A DNA stretch of 63,473 bases, filler included, from Fonticula-like sp. SCN 57-25 (lineage: Eukaryota): NCBI GenBank assembly GCA_001724245.1. It is 7 parts of 7 records of this genome, joined end to end, with 100 filler letters (N's around TTAATTAATTAA, not from the genome) between each part and the next. Parts side by side here need not be neighbours in the genome. Positions count along the whole stretch, not along the records: positions 36,029 to 45,597 come from MEDX01000283.1; positions 45,698 to 54,539 come from MEDX01000284.1; 5 more parts are not named here. One strand, 5' to 3'. Position numbers and translations under genes: made by a program. Of this stretch, positions 36,029-51,076 are shown in pieces. The number at the start of each line of letters is the position of its first letter. Position 1 is the first letter of the stretch. The notes under the pieces were generated by a model. It was not told where the DNA came from. It saw only the letters and a list, made by a program, of their open reading frames with translations, and did not search any database.

Positions 36029-39000
36029 CGCATCATTGAACACGGGAAACAAGGGAAACTTGGGAAATGAGGCGGGAACAAAGGCACATTCAACTGCCAA
36101 TATGACGTCATCACACACGTCATCACATACGCCACCACGTGCATCATCACGTGACTCATCGCATACGTCATTGAACTCCCCCCATGCCTCTGACTCGCGC
36201 CACGCCTCCATGTCAAACATGAATGATTCCCGCCAATCAACATCAAACCCAACTACGTCATCACCCACGTCATCACCATCATCACGTGACCATATCCCAC
36301 CCCCTCCTCGTTGGCGATGCGACCTCGTTTTTGTTGACGCCCATATTCAATATGGCCCTTGGGCCGACAGCCAGCGCAGCCTATTACAGTCCTTCTTTTA
36401 CCCACCCGACTACGAAACACTTCCCATCCACGTGGCCCCTCGCGAAGGCGAACCCCGTATTCATACCGCATTTGACCTCTCTATTGAGTTCACGGGGACG
36501 ACCACGTGGCGCGTTCCCTTTCGCGAGCCCTCCAAAGACTCTTTATATGGCCCTAATTATAGCATAAAGTGGTCGTCGCGGCGCTACGCCTGGGTCGATC
36601 TCAAATTTGGTGACTCATCACGAATTGATTATCGGCTTCCGATGGTGTGCAAGGCAGAAGGGTATGCGTCGACGGTAAAAATAGATTTGACGCCGTGTGT
36701 GGTGACGTCATCATTGAATTATGGGGTTTTGGCGAGTGTGGGTGGGGTGAAAATGTCGGCGTTTATGATGGCGCCGAGGGAGTGGAATGGATGTAATCAC
36801 TGGTCATTCGATTTGGTACGAATATGGGGTAATATGAGGAAGAATAAGAACATGGGGTAATATGGGAAAGAATAAGAGTATTGGGAATGATGTGTTTTGT
36901 GGGTTGTTTTGGTTGTTTTAGGTGCATTTTTGGTACTTTTAGGTTGTTTTTGATACATTTTTAAAAATTTTGGTCCTTTTTTTGAATGTTTTTGATACAT
37001 TTTTCAATCATTTTTACTATCATTCTCTCCCATTTTACTCCTCTTTCCCTCAATTTACTTACATTTTCCTCTAGGAATTCACCAAATCCAAAGTATTTTT
37101 CCTCCGCGACCACGCCGAACTCATCCTCGACCTCATCTCCGATTTCACCCAAAACACCTCCATTCCCACGCCATCTTCCCACATCCCCTACGAGTACCGC
37201 TACTCATTCCGATTTGATGACGTCACCGTTCACCTCTGCTGCAACGAAGGCAACATTATTGACCTTCCCAACGACATTGACGACAATGTCTTTATCAACT
37301 TGACTGCGCCTAGTCTTTTTTTCGGAATGATTTCGGGGCCAAGTTTGTTTGAACCGGCGGTCACGTGCGTGCCGTTCAGGGGCGAAGCGGCCAATGGGAT
37401 TAGTGCGACGATTTCGCTTCCAAAGTCGCATACGTTGGGGGAGGCGATCGGGTCGTTTGATGCGAGGCAGTTTATTGTGGCTGATCACGTGATATTGGAG
37501 GCTGATTATACCTACTTTCCTGCACCTCGTGAGACTGGGAATAGTAGTAGTAATAGTAGTAATGATGCACAGCAGCAGTCTACAGATACACTTTCGTTAA
37601 GATTCAATCTCACTGGTGCACGTGTTTTTGCGTATGGATATATATTGCATTATTTGCCGTTTTTCAAGCAAAACTATTTTGGGATTCATAACTCTTTTCG
37701 TACGCTTGAAGAATTGCGGTCGAAAAGTGCGCGGCGGGCGACGGCCGCGCGGCCCGCCGAGGACGATAATAGTGTCGCCTTTGGCGGCATTACAGACTCG
37801 ACACTTGCGCAGTCAGCATCTGATAAGGCACATATGACGTCATCATCTGCAATTGGTGCTTCTGCTTCGTCTACTAATCCGTTTGAAGTGACGATTGTGG
37901 TCGACATTTCCGAGGCACTTGTACTTTTGCCGTGCAAACTGGCCGCGGCAGACGAATTCATGGCAATAAGCACGCCACGTGTCTTTATCGATGTGCGAAA
38001 CTCGCACGTGATTGGTGACATTAATATCGGGCTTGATCTTGCCGCGCTTTCCGGTCCGTACGCGCGGAATGATGTCAAGTTAAAGAAGACGGAAAAAGTG
38101 GTTGGGGATGACGCGACAAGTGTGAATAGTGATGATGACGTGTCAATGGCGGAGCGGCTTTGGCGTGTTTTGGCGGCCGATGGCGCTTTTACTTTGCGCG
38201 GGAAAAACAGTTTTAATAATGTTCATAATGCTTCAAGGGTTGTCGTGGAAGGAGCGCAAATATCGGTATATAATTTGTATGGGCCGAGACCCGCCGAGGT
38301 GACGTATCGCACTGCAGTGACTGTTAGGGCAAGTACTATTGGCGGGACATTGACCGTTCCCGCGCTAATGTCGCTGTCACGTGTTGCTGACACACTCCCC
38401 TTTTCGCTATCCAATCGGGACAATGCGCTTGATGCGCGGCCAAAAGCAGCGTCCGATTCGACCGATCGCTGTCATGATACTATTTCTGTCGACATTCAGA
38501 CTGTCAATGTCATGGTGATCGCCGCTGCGCAGTCAGCATTGTCGATACACGTGGGCGTGCCACGTGGCGTGCGCGTCAATACGGACAATTTCATTACCGA
38601 CGCGTGTTCATCGAGCGTGCGCGTGACCGTCCCCGCCCTATTGGTCCGCGGCCTCGCTGGCGGACCAATGAGCGCGTCCGCTTTCAATTCTACATTTTCC
38701 TCTTCTTCTTCCGTCACACTCGACGAAGTTGCCTATTTGAGGCTCGCGATCGATCTTGTTCACCGCGAGACGACTTCTGATTGGCCGATCCGCCGCGCGC
38801 AGCAGCAGGCCTTTCTCAAGGAAATGGACGAGGAAACACACCGACTGCCACGTGACACGGACGGAAGTGTCTTACGATCGCTTTTAAAGATGACGTCAGG
38901 TGACGCGGCGGCGGACGCCGATCGCCACGCGGCCTCGAGTGCGGCGGCGGTCGCGGCGGCCAATGCGGCGCTTATTAATAGCCCGCAGAGGGTCGAAGTT

Positions 39001-42000
39001 GCGCCGCAGAGAAAGACGGGTGGGCCGGCACGGCCACGTAGCAAATTGTCTCAGCTTGTGACTGGTTGGGATTCTGCCGATAACGATGATGATGATGATG
39101 ATGATAGCAGTGATGATGATAATGATCTCAGTATTGATATTGATGATGATCATGATCATGATATTGATGATGATCAATTTGATATGCGTGGCGGTCGAAG
39201 GGCTTCATTAAGGTCGTCAAGTGACTCTGAAAGTGGCGGCGAAAATGCTGACGCAGATAGTGAAAGTTCATTTGTAACGGCTTCAGACAACTTGTCAGAC
39301 GACGACGAACCGTTCCAAGACGACATTGAAGAAGATCACGTGACTCCAATGCTCGCTCACCGCCCCCGCAGCGCGAGCATGAGCGCCATGTCCTCCTGGA
39401 GCCAATCAAACCGCCGCATTTCCGACACGTCATCATCTTCCGCCCCCCCCTCGCCCACCCTCTCATCCACCCAATCGCCATCATCCACGTCATCAAATTC
39501 CCGATCGGAACTGTCCACTCATCTCTGCCGCGTTCGCTTATCACCCCTTCGCGCCGCCGGCCGCCGATTCGTCCCCTTGTACACGTGGTCAGACGTGACT
39601 GGCGAAGACCCCTTTGACACGTGGGCGTGCGAGTGGACGGAACGATCGGATGAGCCGTTAAAGTACACGTCAGAGTCGCCGAAAACGACTGCACTTTTGG
39701 TGTCATTTGCAGACTCGGTTGACGTGTTTGTAACACCGCTCTTCTTTGAAGGCGCCGCACTTTTACTTGATGAAGCTTCTGCTGAACTCGCTTCTGTCGA
39801 CGCAATTCTCGACGCAGTTCATATTCGATTAACAAAAAATCTCTTATTGCGCGCCGCCGACCCAGCCAGTGAAGACGCTGTCCTATTCGGCGTCGCTCTT
39901 CCGCGCCTATATATCCACACGCTATACGATTCTGCCGGGTCACGTGTTTCGCCGTCGACGCCCCACGTGGGCTCTGTCGACGCGCTCGTTGACCACTTTC
40001 GCGCGCGTTTTTTCGTGCGGCCGGCTCAGCAGGCGCCGCGATCGGGGCTGCCGCCGAGAATAGATATGCTTGCGTCATTCAGGGGCGCAACGGCAGTGCT
40101 GAGAACGGGGTCGGATGGCCACGTGGGCTCGGCGAGTTTGTCGAGTACCATGTGGGGCGATCGGCTATCGACGTCGAGTTTTGTTGTTGTGGGGGAGGTG
40201 AGCGTGGATGCGTGTCACGTGTCTGCTGATGTGTCACCGCTTATGATGGATGCGTCACGTGTTTCGGCTGGAAAGGTGATTGGTCAGATTGGCGCGATCG
40301 GAATTCGACTCCAAACGGCGGCCGTTGAAGCCATGCCACCTTTAGTGACACGTTGGCAGAAAAGCGTGACTCATCTTTTGGCGCGAATGGACGCGCTTGA
40401 AAGGCGGACACGTGAGCGCGAACAAGTCTTATTTGCGCGCCTCGCCACGATCGCGTCACGTGGCGGTCAGATTGATATGGACGCAACTTTTATTGCGCGG
40501 CCTTCCAATTTGCGCCGATTTGGCGTTCGTCCGCACCAGGATGACGACGGATGGAAGATTATGGAACATATAAGGAATGTCGCGCGTCTCATGTCCCACG
40601 TGGACGCCGACGAGCTTCTTGCAGACATTGCGCGCTGCGACGGATATGGTGAAAATAGCAACAAAATGCTGTCGAGCATGCAGGCGGCGCTCAATGTATG
40701 GCGCCCGATCGAGTGCAGCAACCTTGTCGACAACAGCCTTGTAGCATCCCTGTGGGGCCTCGAACAAACCACCCCACAAGACGATGAGTCATCATTAATT
40801 GCGCAGCTTCTTCGCGATGTCGCCACGACAGCGAATATAAACATATATGGCGGCGCGTTCACGCTCGTCGACGCGGCACTTTCGCGCGGGAATATTCGAA
40901 TTTTGCCGGCGCGCGCAGAGGCTATTTTAAGACCGCCGCCGACGAAAAGTGCGTCGCCGCAATTGTTTTTGCGTGTTCATGGAAAGGGAGTCGAGTCGGA
41001 ATTTATTGCCGATACGGTCGAGGCGATTACAATTACGGCGGGACTTATTGAAAGGGTGGCTGAACTTGTTGATGCTGCAAATGGCGGTGAAAATGGTGAC
41101 AAATCAGCGATGGAATCAGGAAAATCAGGTGGAAAATCAGCTGGAAAATCAGGTGGAAAATCGACTGAATCAGGCGAATCAGCAACAGAATCATCCGAAT
41201 CAGCACACTTTCCCGCCTTTTCCGACAGCGCTTCCCGCCACACTTTCCCGCCACTTGTCGCCGTCTCCGTCCAAGGCGGCTGCGCACTTGATACTATTTC
41301 TGTCAACGCGCGCGTCCAATCACTGTCACTTTCCCTATCAATGGCGAGCGTCCTTCTTATGGGCGGCCGCACGGACGACTCACGTGACTTTGGCGGCATG
41401 GAAAACATTACGCTTGCCATGAAGCGCAGCACGCTCGTGATTGGCGAATCACAAGCGGCCTCGATCGGCGCCGAATCGCGCACCGTTCCGCTTGTTTGCG
41501 TCAATTATTCCCGCCTGAGCGCCTATTGGCTGACACCATTCGAACGATCGACTCATGCGAGTGCAACTTCAGTACTTGTTAAAGTGAATGACGCGTGCTT
41601 TGATTTGCGTTCATCGGTCGTTGTGGCCAATGCGGCCGTTACAAGATGGTACGACACTTTCAAGCTATTTATGTACCGGCCGATTCAGCGCGCGGCTTCA
41701 ATGCCTCATTTATCGGTTGACGTAAGCAAGAAAAAGAGCGCCAAAAAACATTTTGTTGGTGGTGATGATCATGCTACTGGTGGTGATGATGAGCAATATG
41801 GACAAAATGAGCATTCCGACGACAAGAAAAAGGCGAAATTCCATGTTCACCTCCGCCTCATTGACGCGTCAGTTATCCTCGCGCCGATCGCATCGGCAAA
41901 ACTGACTTATTCCGTCGGACATCTTTTCTTTGAAAGTAACGCTCCGGGCGGCGGCGCGCCAACCGAAAACGCCCTTGTTGTTGATAGGCACACACTGGCA

Positions 42001-45000
42001 CTATCAATGGCACTTGGCGCCAAATCTGATTCTAGCGACGGGTCACACGCCGCCGTCCCGCCAACAACGCCGATTACGTCATCTTCGACGGTGACGTCAG
42101 CGTCTACGTCACCAAAAAAGAAGGGAAAGCCGATTGTGATGAAGCTGGCGCTGCCGCTGATCGCCGCGGCAGGGAATGTGTCACGTGACAAGGGGGCTGC
42201 GCGACGTCGCGTGGCCGCCAATGTCGTCATTGAGACAATGAGACTTTCCTTATCGGGACGCGCGCTCATGCAACTGACCAATGGGCACATTGCGCAGCTA
42301 TTAAAGGAAGTTGGCGAGGCATTACTTGTTGGAAGTAATGCGTACAAACTGTACCGGAGACGCACCAATGACACTGATGTTCCACAGCAAGGTGGTGTAT
42401 ATTCGTCCCCCCTTGGTATCGGCCGTGTAGCATCAAACACCACACCCCAGTCAATCGAAGAGTCGACCGTCCACGTCAAGGCACTTTTGGCGGGAATCAG
42501 CGTGACACTCGAAGGCCCCTCTTCCTCCGCCGTCCTCCAATCAGATATCGTCGCACTCCGCTACGTAAAAGACGCCTCATTGGCCGCTTCGCCCCAATGG
42601 ACCGTAACGGTCGCCGCCCTCGGCGTCTTTCTTCGCATGCGTGACGTCACTTCCGGCCAACTTCAAGCACCAATCGCGTCGCTCCTTCTCGACGCGACGC
42701 TGTGCAACTTTGCAGACGACATTGCAGATCTTTCGGCACGTGCGACGGCAGCGAATGACCTTTTGTTCCCGGAAACTGCCCACGTGGGCGGCGATGAAGA
42801 GCGCGCGCCGCCCTCGAGTGTTGTTGTGCTGCGCATACCACGTGCTCATGCGCTAGTATCTGCACGTGCCGCCGGCGCCGTTGTCGACCTACTAGTCTAC
42901 TTTACGCTCCGCGGCCGCCAATTTGAAGAGCGTTTCAAGTCACTTTTGGACAGCAGCGAAGGCGGCGTTGTGGCGCGAAAGGCCATTAAACGGCTTCGAA
43001 AGCAGCTTTCAAAGCGAGCGGAAGGCAGCGAAAACATTGCAGAGCCACCTTCCTTTTTGAGCGGTCGTCTTGTTGTCATCCGAATCGGACCCGTTGCAGC
43101 CGCACTTCCCCTTTCACTCGACACGTCACCGACCGTCGGCGCACACCTTTTAATGTCGATCGCCTCTATTCAAGTTGTTATGCAACGCGGAACAGTCTCT
43201 TTCGGCGAAGTCGGTTCCCTAGCAACACAATTTGTGCGCCGTTTTGACGCGACAAATGCGCGTCATTACCTTCCGGCGACGCACCCGCCGCGCACGAATT
43301 CCGCCGTTTTGCCGCATATTGTGTGCACTGTTGTGAGCGATACCGCGCAGGACAGCGACGGCGTCATATGCACACGTGTCGCTGTCGACGGTCAAGTGTC
43401 ACCAATCCAGATCGACCTCGATCCGGATATTGTATTGCTTCTTTCAATTCTTGCCGATGTCGTTGGCGGCGCACGTGCCGCGCTCAATACCGAGCCCCTA
43501 TTCAAATCAACCAATGAGGCGCCGCCGCCGCCGCCCACAACGCCGTCGCTTTTCCTCGTCCACGGCAGTTTCGCAGTCGAAGGCGGAATTTGTTACCTCC
43601 ACGTGGGCGCGCGCTCGTCGACCAATGGCGGCGCGCCGGTGCTCCCGACGCATTCCATGGCGGGCGCGTCGGCAGTTTTGCCCGCGTGGCTCCCGTCGGG
43701 CGCGCCTTCAAACACAGTTTCAAGTGCGGGTGAGTCACGTGATCAGATTGTGATACCAAAGTTGCGTGCGCATGCCAAGTATAAGCATAATATGGGGAAA
43801 AGTGATGTGCCGCCGCCGGCAATGCACGTGGAATTGCTCGTGCACTCGACGTTTACGACATTGTACCCGTCAGTGACGCAGTTTGCAGAGCAAGTTTTGG
43901 CGTTTTTGCGGGTCGGTAAGAGAAATCAGGGGCAGAATCAGGGGAATAATCAGCAGAATCAGGCCCAAAATGCGACAAATCAGGGTCAGAATGCGTCAAA
44001 TACGGCCCAAAACCCTCATAATCAGGACAATCATGACAAGAATCAGGACAAGAATCAGCACAATCAGAACGAAAAACCCGTGCCACAATTAGGGCCACGT
44101 GCCGATTCCATGAGCATGTCACTTTTACTTCGCGTTGCCGAGTCACGTGTCGACCTCGATTGCATGCCACTCGCCAAGATCATATGCTCTTTCGTCCTCG
44201 GCCGCTTTGACGTCATCCTATCAAGCGACGCACTTCCACGCACAGTGTCACGTGACACCGACATTGGCTCTGCCGCGATGGCCGCCGCCGCGTCACGTGC
44301 CGTCCGCCGCAGTGCTCTATTTATAGTACCCTCCTTAAAGTTGCGTATTTACCATGCGTTTTCCGCGGGAGATCAGAGCGACGGCCTAAGAGCAGAATTA
44401 AGCGGCGTCACCTTGCAAGCATTGCACGTGATGCCATTTGAAGAGTTGTCGCAATTGAAAGCGGCGTCTGTGATTGGTGCAGCGAGAAAAGTGTTGTTTG
44501 ATTTGAATGTGAGGAATGTGAATAATTTGATGACGTTTTATAGGATATGGATCAAGCCTGTTTCCAGTTTGGCTTCGTACGTAAAAGGGGAAGGAAAAGA
44601 AGAAGGGAAAAAGAAGAACATGGGTAATATGAGGAAGAACATGGGTAATATGGATGTATATATGATAGTATTGATGGTTACTGTGTGTTTACAGTATATA
44701 TGTCTGTGTATTCTACTGTGTATTTCACAGTGGGATATTCATGTTTCACTCTATGGATACACTGTATGTATCACTGTATGTATGACTCTATGTCTACTGT
44801 ATGTATGGACACAATGTCTACTGTATGTATCACTCTATGTATCTATATCACTGTATGTATCACTGTATGTATCACAGTATTATCACTGTAAGTATGGTTA
44901 CATAGTCTACTGTATGTACCACTGTATGTCACTGTATGTCACTGTATGTATGGACACAATGTATCACTGTATGTATGGATATACTGTCTACTGTATGTAT

Positions 45001-45597
45001 CACTTTATGTTGACTACTATTGTCTACTGTATGTATCACTGTATCACTGTATGTATCACTGTATATTCTACTGAATGTATCATTTGTATGTTGTCTATGT
45101 ATGACCATATGTATCACTGTATGTATGACTCTATGTATCACTGTATATACCACAGTATATTCTACTATCATGTTTCCTCTCTTTTTCTCTCTTTTCCCTC
45201 TCTTTCCTCCACTTTCCTTCCATTCCCTTCCATTCCACTAACACTATTACAGTCCTTCTTCCCCTTCATCATCTTCTTCCCCTTCCCCTACTACCCCCCC
45301 TTCCCTCTCCCCCCTCCACCGCACCCTTCTCTCCTCCACCCTCTTCCTAGGCGACTCCACCTTTGCAGTCGACCTCGGCCAATCAATCGGTCGTGTCATA
45401 TTACGCATGACGTCATCACGTGCAGACATTAACCTATCAAACATCCCCTTACTTCCCTATGACAATACTCATATGGTGTTACTAAGGGCGTTTGATAGGG
45501 AAGTTAGGGCGACTGCTATTAACATTGGGGCAGTGATAGTGAGGATTGATGGACGGCTTGAGGGGCAGGTTGGGGCGAGGCAGGTGAGGGTGGGTGG
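36029..45597 (+). CDS. BLTP1: Bridge-like lipid transfer protein BLTP1/KIAA1109/Csf1, internal fragment (exons <36029-36815, 37075-44576, 45253->45597)
   Basis: YGPWADSQRSLLQSFFYP, FFLRDHAELILDLISDF, NEGNIID, D.GWKIM, VDLGQSIG; a 7.5-kb open exon; splice sites keep the phase. Confidence 0.85.
44700..45170 (+). repeat. Degenerate GTATCACTGTAT/CTGTATGTAT tandem repeats inside a 676-nt intron (44577-45252)
   Basis: Repeated ACTGTATGTATC-like units are directly visible, between a GTACGT donor and a CTAAC..ACAG acceptor. Confidence 0.8.
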
Positions 45598-45697
45598 NNN
45601 NNNNNNNNNNNNNNNNNNNNNNNNNNNNNNNNNNNNNNNNNTTAATTAATTAANNNNNNNNNNNNNNNNNNNNNNNNNNNNNNNNNNNNNNNNNNNN
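45598..45697. other. Artificial contig linker
   Basis: N44-TTAATTAATTAA-N44. Confidence 0.98.
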
Positions 45698-45727
45698 AGG
45701 GGGATGGAACGAGGCCGACAACGATGA

Positions 45728-46266
45728 TCAGTCGCGGTTGGGCGGCGGGCCGCAGGGCGACAGCATCCGCTATAATAATGCCAAGAGAATTTTAGTATGG
45801 AACAGGGGACAAAAAGCAGGGAAAGGGAATAGAAATGCGCACCTCGAGAAGGTTGAAGCGGACGCGGGCACTGCTTTCGTTTTCGACGATGGCGAGGAAG
45901 GAGTTGATGTTGGGGTGGCCAATGTAGGACGCCATCGAGTCGCGGTGCTGGTTCACAAGCCATTCACTAGTGGCGACAACGTCAGGAAAAAGATAAATAA
46001 AAGACAAATAAGACAGAGAGAAAGAAGAGAAAGAAGAAATGGTTGCGGAAAGACATAAGTTCGGCGCGTACTGTTTGGCAATGTCGGCGTGGCCGGTACC
46101 AACATGCTTTGCTTGAACTGCTCAGAGGATTAGAAAGGGATAATAAAAGAAAGAAAAGGCAAAACGTACGGTGCTCAAGCTGCGCGTTCAAGTTCAACCG
46201 GTCCTATAATACAATGTAGACGCGTCAGTGCACGGTTCAATGAAGGCAGCCATCGCGTACGGCCAT
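45728..46266 (-). CDS. SF3B5: Splicing factor 3B subunit 5, 5 exons
   Basis: Spliced MA|DRLNLNAQLEH|LQAKHVGTGHAD..|EWLVNQHRDSMASYIGH...ENESSARVRFNLLE|RMLSPCGPPP. Confidence 0.93.
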
Positions 46267-46359
46267 CGTCCGCGGTGAAACTGTTGGGAACACTGCGATA
46301 GAGTCAAAAATAACGCATGCGATTTTTGTTCAGTTTGCAGTTTGCATCGAGTCTGCGAC

Positions 46360-47559
<1,200 letters not shown>

Positions 47560-47766
47560 GTTTCCCGCCAAATTTACGTCATTTTTGAGTACAATTACTG
47601 TTGATACATTTTGTTGATATGTTTCCATACATGAATGTGAATATACTTATTCAATAAATGATACTTTAAGACATATGTATAAGGAGTCATTATCAGCCGG
47701 TCGATAAAATATTAATATATTTGCCCTTTCCTTCAACGCGTATCGTACAAAGTAAACTAAAAATGA

Positions 47767-48779
47767 TTACAAGAATGTCCGTTTCCTGGCCGTAAACGGC
47801 GTCTGCCCGCTCTGCCGTAGCCTCCGGTACGCCTCCCTGATGTGCCGCGGCCGCAGCGGGCGCTGCTCGCCGGTCGCCGGGTCGACGTCTTCCCGCCATT
47901 CGCGCGCCACTTCCAAAGCTAAGGACATGGCGTCAGTACAAGGGGAAAAGAGACAAAAATGAAATAAATCGTTAAAAAAGCTGACAAAATACAACGAAAA
48001 ACACATAAAAGTGGCAATTTTGTGCATATTATTGACAATTTTCAAGCCAGTTTTCGTACCTTCTTCCATGAGCTCGCCGACGTATAGCTTGGCCGCACCC
48101 GCCATGACGATGACCGATGTCGGCGGGATCGTCGTGCTGCCCGACATCTGCATCACCCTCTTGACCGCCGCGCGCGAAAAGGCCGACCGGCGGTAGCTCT
48201 CGTACCGCCGCAGCTGCTCGGGATCGCGCGAAAAGGCATCAACAAGCGCCCTGTTTGGAAAGGAAAAGGGGATCAAAAGGGAAAGGAACAAAGAGAAAAG
48301 GAGGTCAAAAGGTTATTATATGCGCAAAATGGAAAGAGCGTTTGCGTACATCATATATGAGCGTTCTTGCTCCTTGTCGCCGCCGCGCATCGCCTCGCGG
48401 ATCTCGTCGAGGACGCCCTCGTCGTCATCGTCCTCTGCCCCGCCAGCAGCGCCATCATCATCGCCCTACCAGTCCCGATCGTCAGCTATCACAACGAGCA
48501 ACACTAGACAGTACGCACGTTGGCGTCATCGCGCTTCCCATCCGCCCCACCGGCCGCGCCATCCCCACCAGCCGCCTTCTCCTTCTTCTTGCGCGGCTTC
48601 TTGGCGGGAAGGTTGCCGTCGGCATCGGGAACCGGCTCGCGCTTCTTGCGGCCTCGCTTGGGGGCGGGGGTGGAGCCGTCCTCGGAGGCGGGCGCCTTCT
48701 TGCGTCCGCGCTTCTTGGCGACCGCCGCATCGCCCGACGAGGGCGCCGGCGACGACGCCGATCCTGAAGGCGCCTCCAT
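47767..48779 (-). CDS. TAF11: TFIID subunit 11, multi-exon
   Basis: EQLRRYESYRRSAFSRAAVKRVM, IVMAGAAKLYVGELMEE|ALEV, PLRPRHIREAYRRL. Confidence 0.9.
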
Positions 48780-48840
48780 GATGCAAACTGCAAATCGGTA
48801 TCACGTGACGAGTATGTTTGTTCAGGCCGCTGCTGACGCG

Positions 48841-49940
48841 ATGGGGCGGGGCTCGATGTCCTTCCGGACGGGTTTGGCCCGGCTAGCAGTGCTTGCGGTG
48901 CTTGCCTGCGCTGCCGCGGGCGAGCCCACAGTACTGAGCGTTTCTCCCTCTGTCAGTCTCCCGAGTGAAGCGACGCCGGTGTGGATCTATGGCACCCAGC
49001 TGGGCAACTCATTCGTATGTTTTGTGTCCAGTGGTCGCCCGTGCTGATCTCTCTGCTTATTAGGACGATGTTACGATGGTGACGCTGGCGGGCCGCAGCT
49101 GCATGACTTTTTTCCAGTGGCGCTCTCCCGAGCTTATCTTTTGCATTGCGTACCCGAGCGACGATCTCGTGCAAGTATCGGGTCCCGTGGCCGTCGCGAC
49201 CCGGTCGGGCGGGCAAAGCGCGGGATCCGCCGCGCAGTTTACCTTTGCGGTGAGCTGCGGGACGCGCACGTCACAGTGGGACTGCAAAGAGCCGTGCAAG
49301 TGGTGCGTGCACAAGGGGCGGTGCGCGCCGGCAGACTACGACTGCGAGTTTAGTACGTATCTGGAACCGGCAGGATCCTGGGAAAAGGGAGACTTTTTCG
49401 TATTGTTTTTTGTATCGATATCGTATACTTACAAATGCGCGAATTAGGCTGCTCGACGAATGGATTCCGGATGTCGTGCCTTGAGCTATCGCTGATCGTG
49501 CTCGTGTCGACCGCCACGATGGTCCTCGCGGGCCTGCTCGTTGCGCTCACGTACCACCAGCAGAAGAAGCTCCTGGAGGTCTCTACGACCAAGCGGGGAG
49601 AGTGCGCAGCGACGTTTCTCTTTTGATAGCTTTGCTGACGATTTTTTCCTTTGCCAGGACGACGCGGCTGCTCGGCGGCAGCGGCAAACGCTTCTCGACG
49701 TCATCGCCCGGCGGCACCCTCAGCGTCGGCCTCGGCGACCGCGGCAACTCTGTCGACGACGACGACCTGTTTGACAACGACAACGACGCGGACGCGCAGG
49801 AGGTCGAGGACGAGGACGAGGACGCGCTCTTTGCGCTCGAGGTTTCGGACGAGTACCGCCGGCAAAAGGAGCTGCACGACAGGATGTACAGATCGCTCGT
49901 CGACAGCGACTCTACCGGCGTCACGTCATTCAATAACTAG
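48841..49940 (+). CDS. Type I membrane protein: signal peptide, IPT/TIG domain, PSI-like Cys module, TM, acidic tail (4 exons)
   Basis: PTVLSVSP...VWIYGTQLG...VTLAGRSC..W.SPELIFC...GPVAVATRSGG...FTF (IPT), SC...C..PCKWC....RC....C (PSI-like), then a hydrophobic TM. Confidence 0.75.
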
Positions 49941-50253
49941 AGTATTCGTGCTTTATATTGTATTTTTACTACCCTTGAATCATATAATCCATAGCACATT
50001 GCTTTCCCGTGCCGCTTTTGCAAGCTTTTGGTACTGTCAAAGATCGATCGACGAGTCTTGTGACGTCACCAATCACCGATGACGTCACATTTTCTTTTGT
50101 TCACCTCGAGCACGTTGGGTGTGTGGTGCACGGAGGAAGGGATCCCGGATCCCTTTCGCTTCCGTGTTAAACTCTCTTGAGGCTTGTAAAGGCGCGTGTT
50201 GCTAACAGTGTGTGTGTCTTTTTTGTGAATAGGAACGTTTGTCTGTTTGAGAA

Positions 50254-50701
50254 ATGTCTCTTTCGCGGTTTAGCAGCCTCCGTCGCGCCGGCATGGGCCT
50301 CCCGTCCCAGGTTGCCCAGGTGCGCTGCATTAATGGAAAGCGCTGGCCGGAAAGCTAACGAGTAACCTTTCTTTTTCTTTTCCCTGCCTTTTCTTTCTCC
50401 TTTTGCGCAGCTCCCCATCTTTGGCTCGCGCGCCTTTGCCGCCGCCGCCGGCCTTGACCGCTCCCAGGTCGAGGAGCGCATCCTGCACGTCATCAAGTCG
50501 TTCGGCAAGGTCGATGCCGCCAAGGTAACACCGACTGTCCACTTCAGCAATGACCTCGGTCTCGACAGCCTCGACGCCGTCGAGCTCGTCATGGCCTTTG
50601 AGGAGGAGTTTGGCATTGAGATCCCCGATGCTGAGGCTGACAAGATTCTCACCGCCGGCGCCGCCATCGAGTACATTCTCCACACGCCAGCGGCCAAGTA
50701 A
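50254..50701 (+). CDS. NDUFAB1: Mitochondrial acyl carrier protein, 2 exons
   Basis: Transit peptide followed by [36 protein letters not shown]. Confidence 0.93.
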
Positions 50702-51076
50702 GCGGTCGGTTTCCTTTGGCTTCCCTCTGTGAAGCCGCGAAGCCACATTGGATATCACTAAAACGCCGTTCATTCTTGTCTCACTGGTCTGAATGCGGAG
50801 CCTTTTTGGTTTCTTTTTATACGTTCATAATACAAATAACTACTTTCATTGGCCCTTGCCCAAACGCGCATATGGGTTCCGCCCCCATATTTTGTTCTTT
50901 TTCCCGCTTGCCGCCGCGCATCCGTGCATCCACACAGCTTATACATGCTTTCCCTGGCCAGCTGTGCCGCCCTGCACACCCGCACATCAGCGCAGCAGCA
51001 TCACGTTTCACTCGTCCATTCGATTTACATTCACATTACCTGGTATTGACAACATCCAACGATACACGCCCACCTC

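Noticed and set aside
44577-45432. Cys/Tyr/Met-rich C-terminal tail of the 2710-aa ORF
   Set aside because: Read-through into a repeat-rich intron (44577-45252). The real exon resumes at 45253 in another frame.
50137-50155. Inverted repeat AAGGGATCC-C-GGATCCCTT upstream of the ACP gene, near two TGACGTCA sites
   Set aside because: Single short palindrome with no further support; plausibly an ordinary promoter feature.
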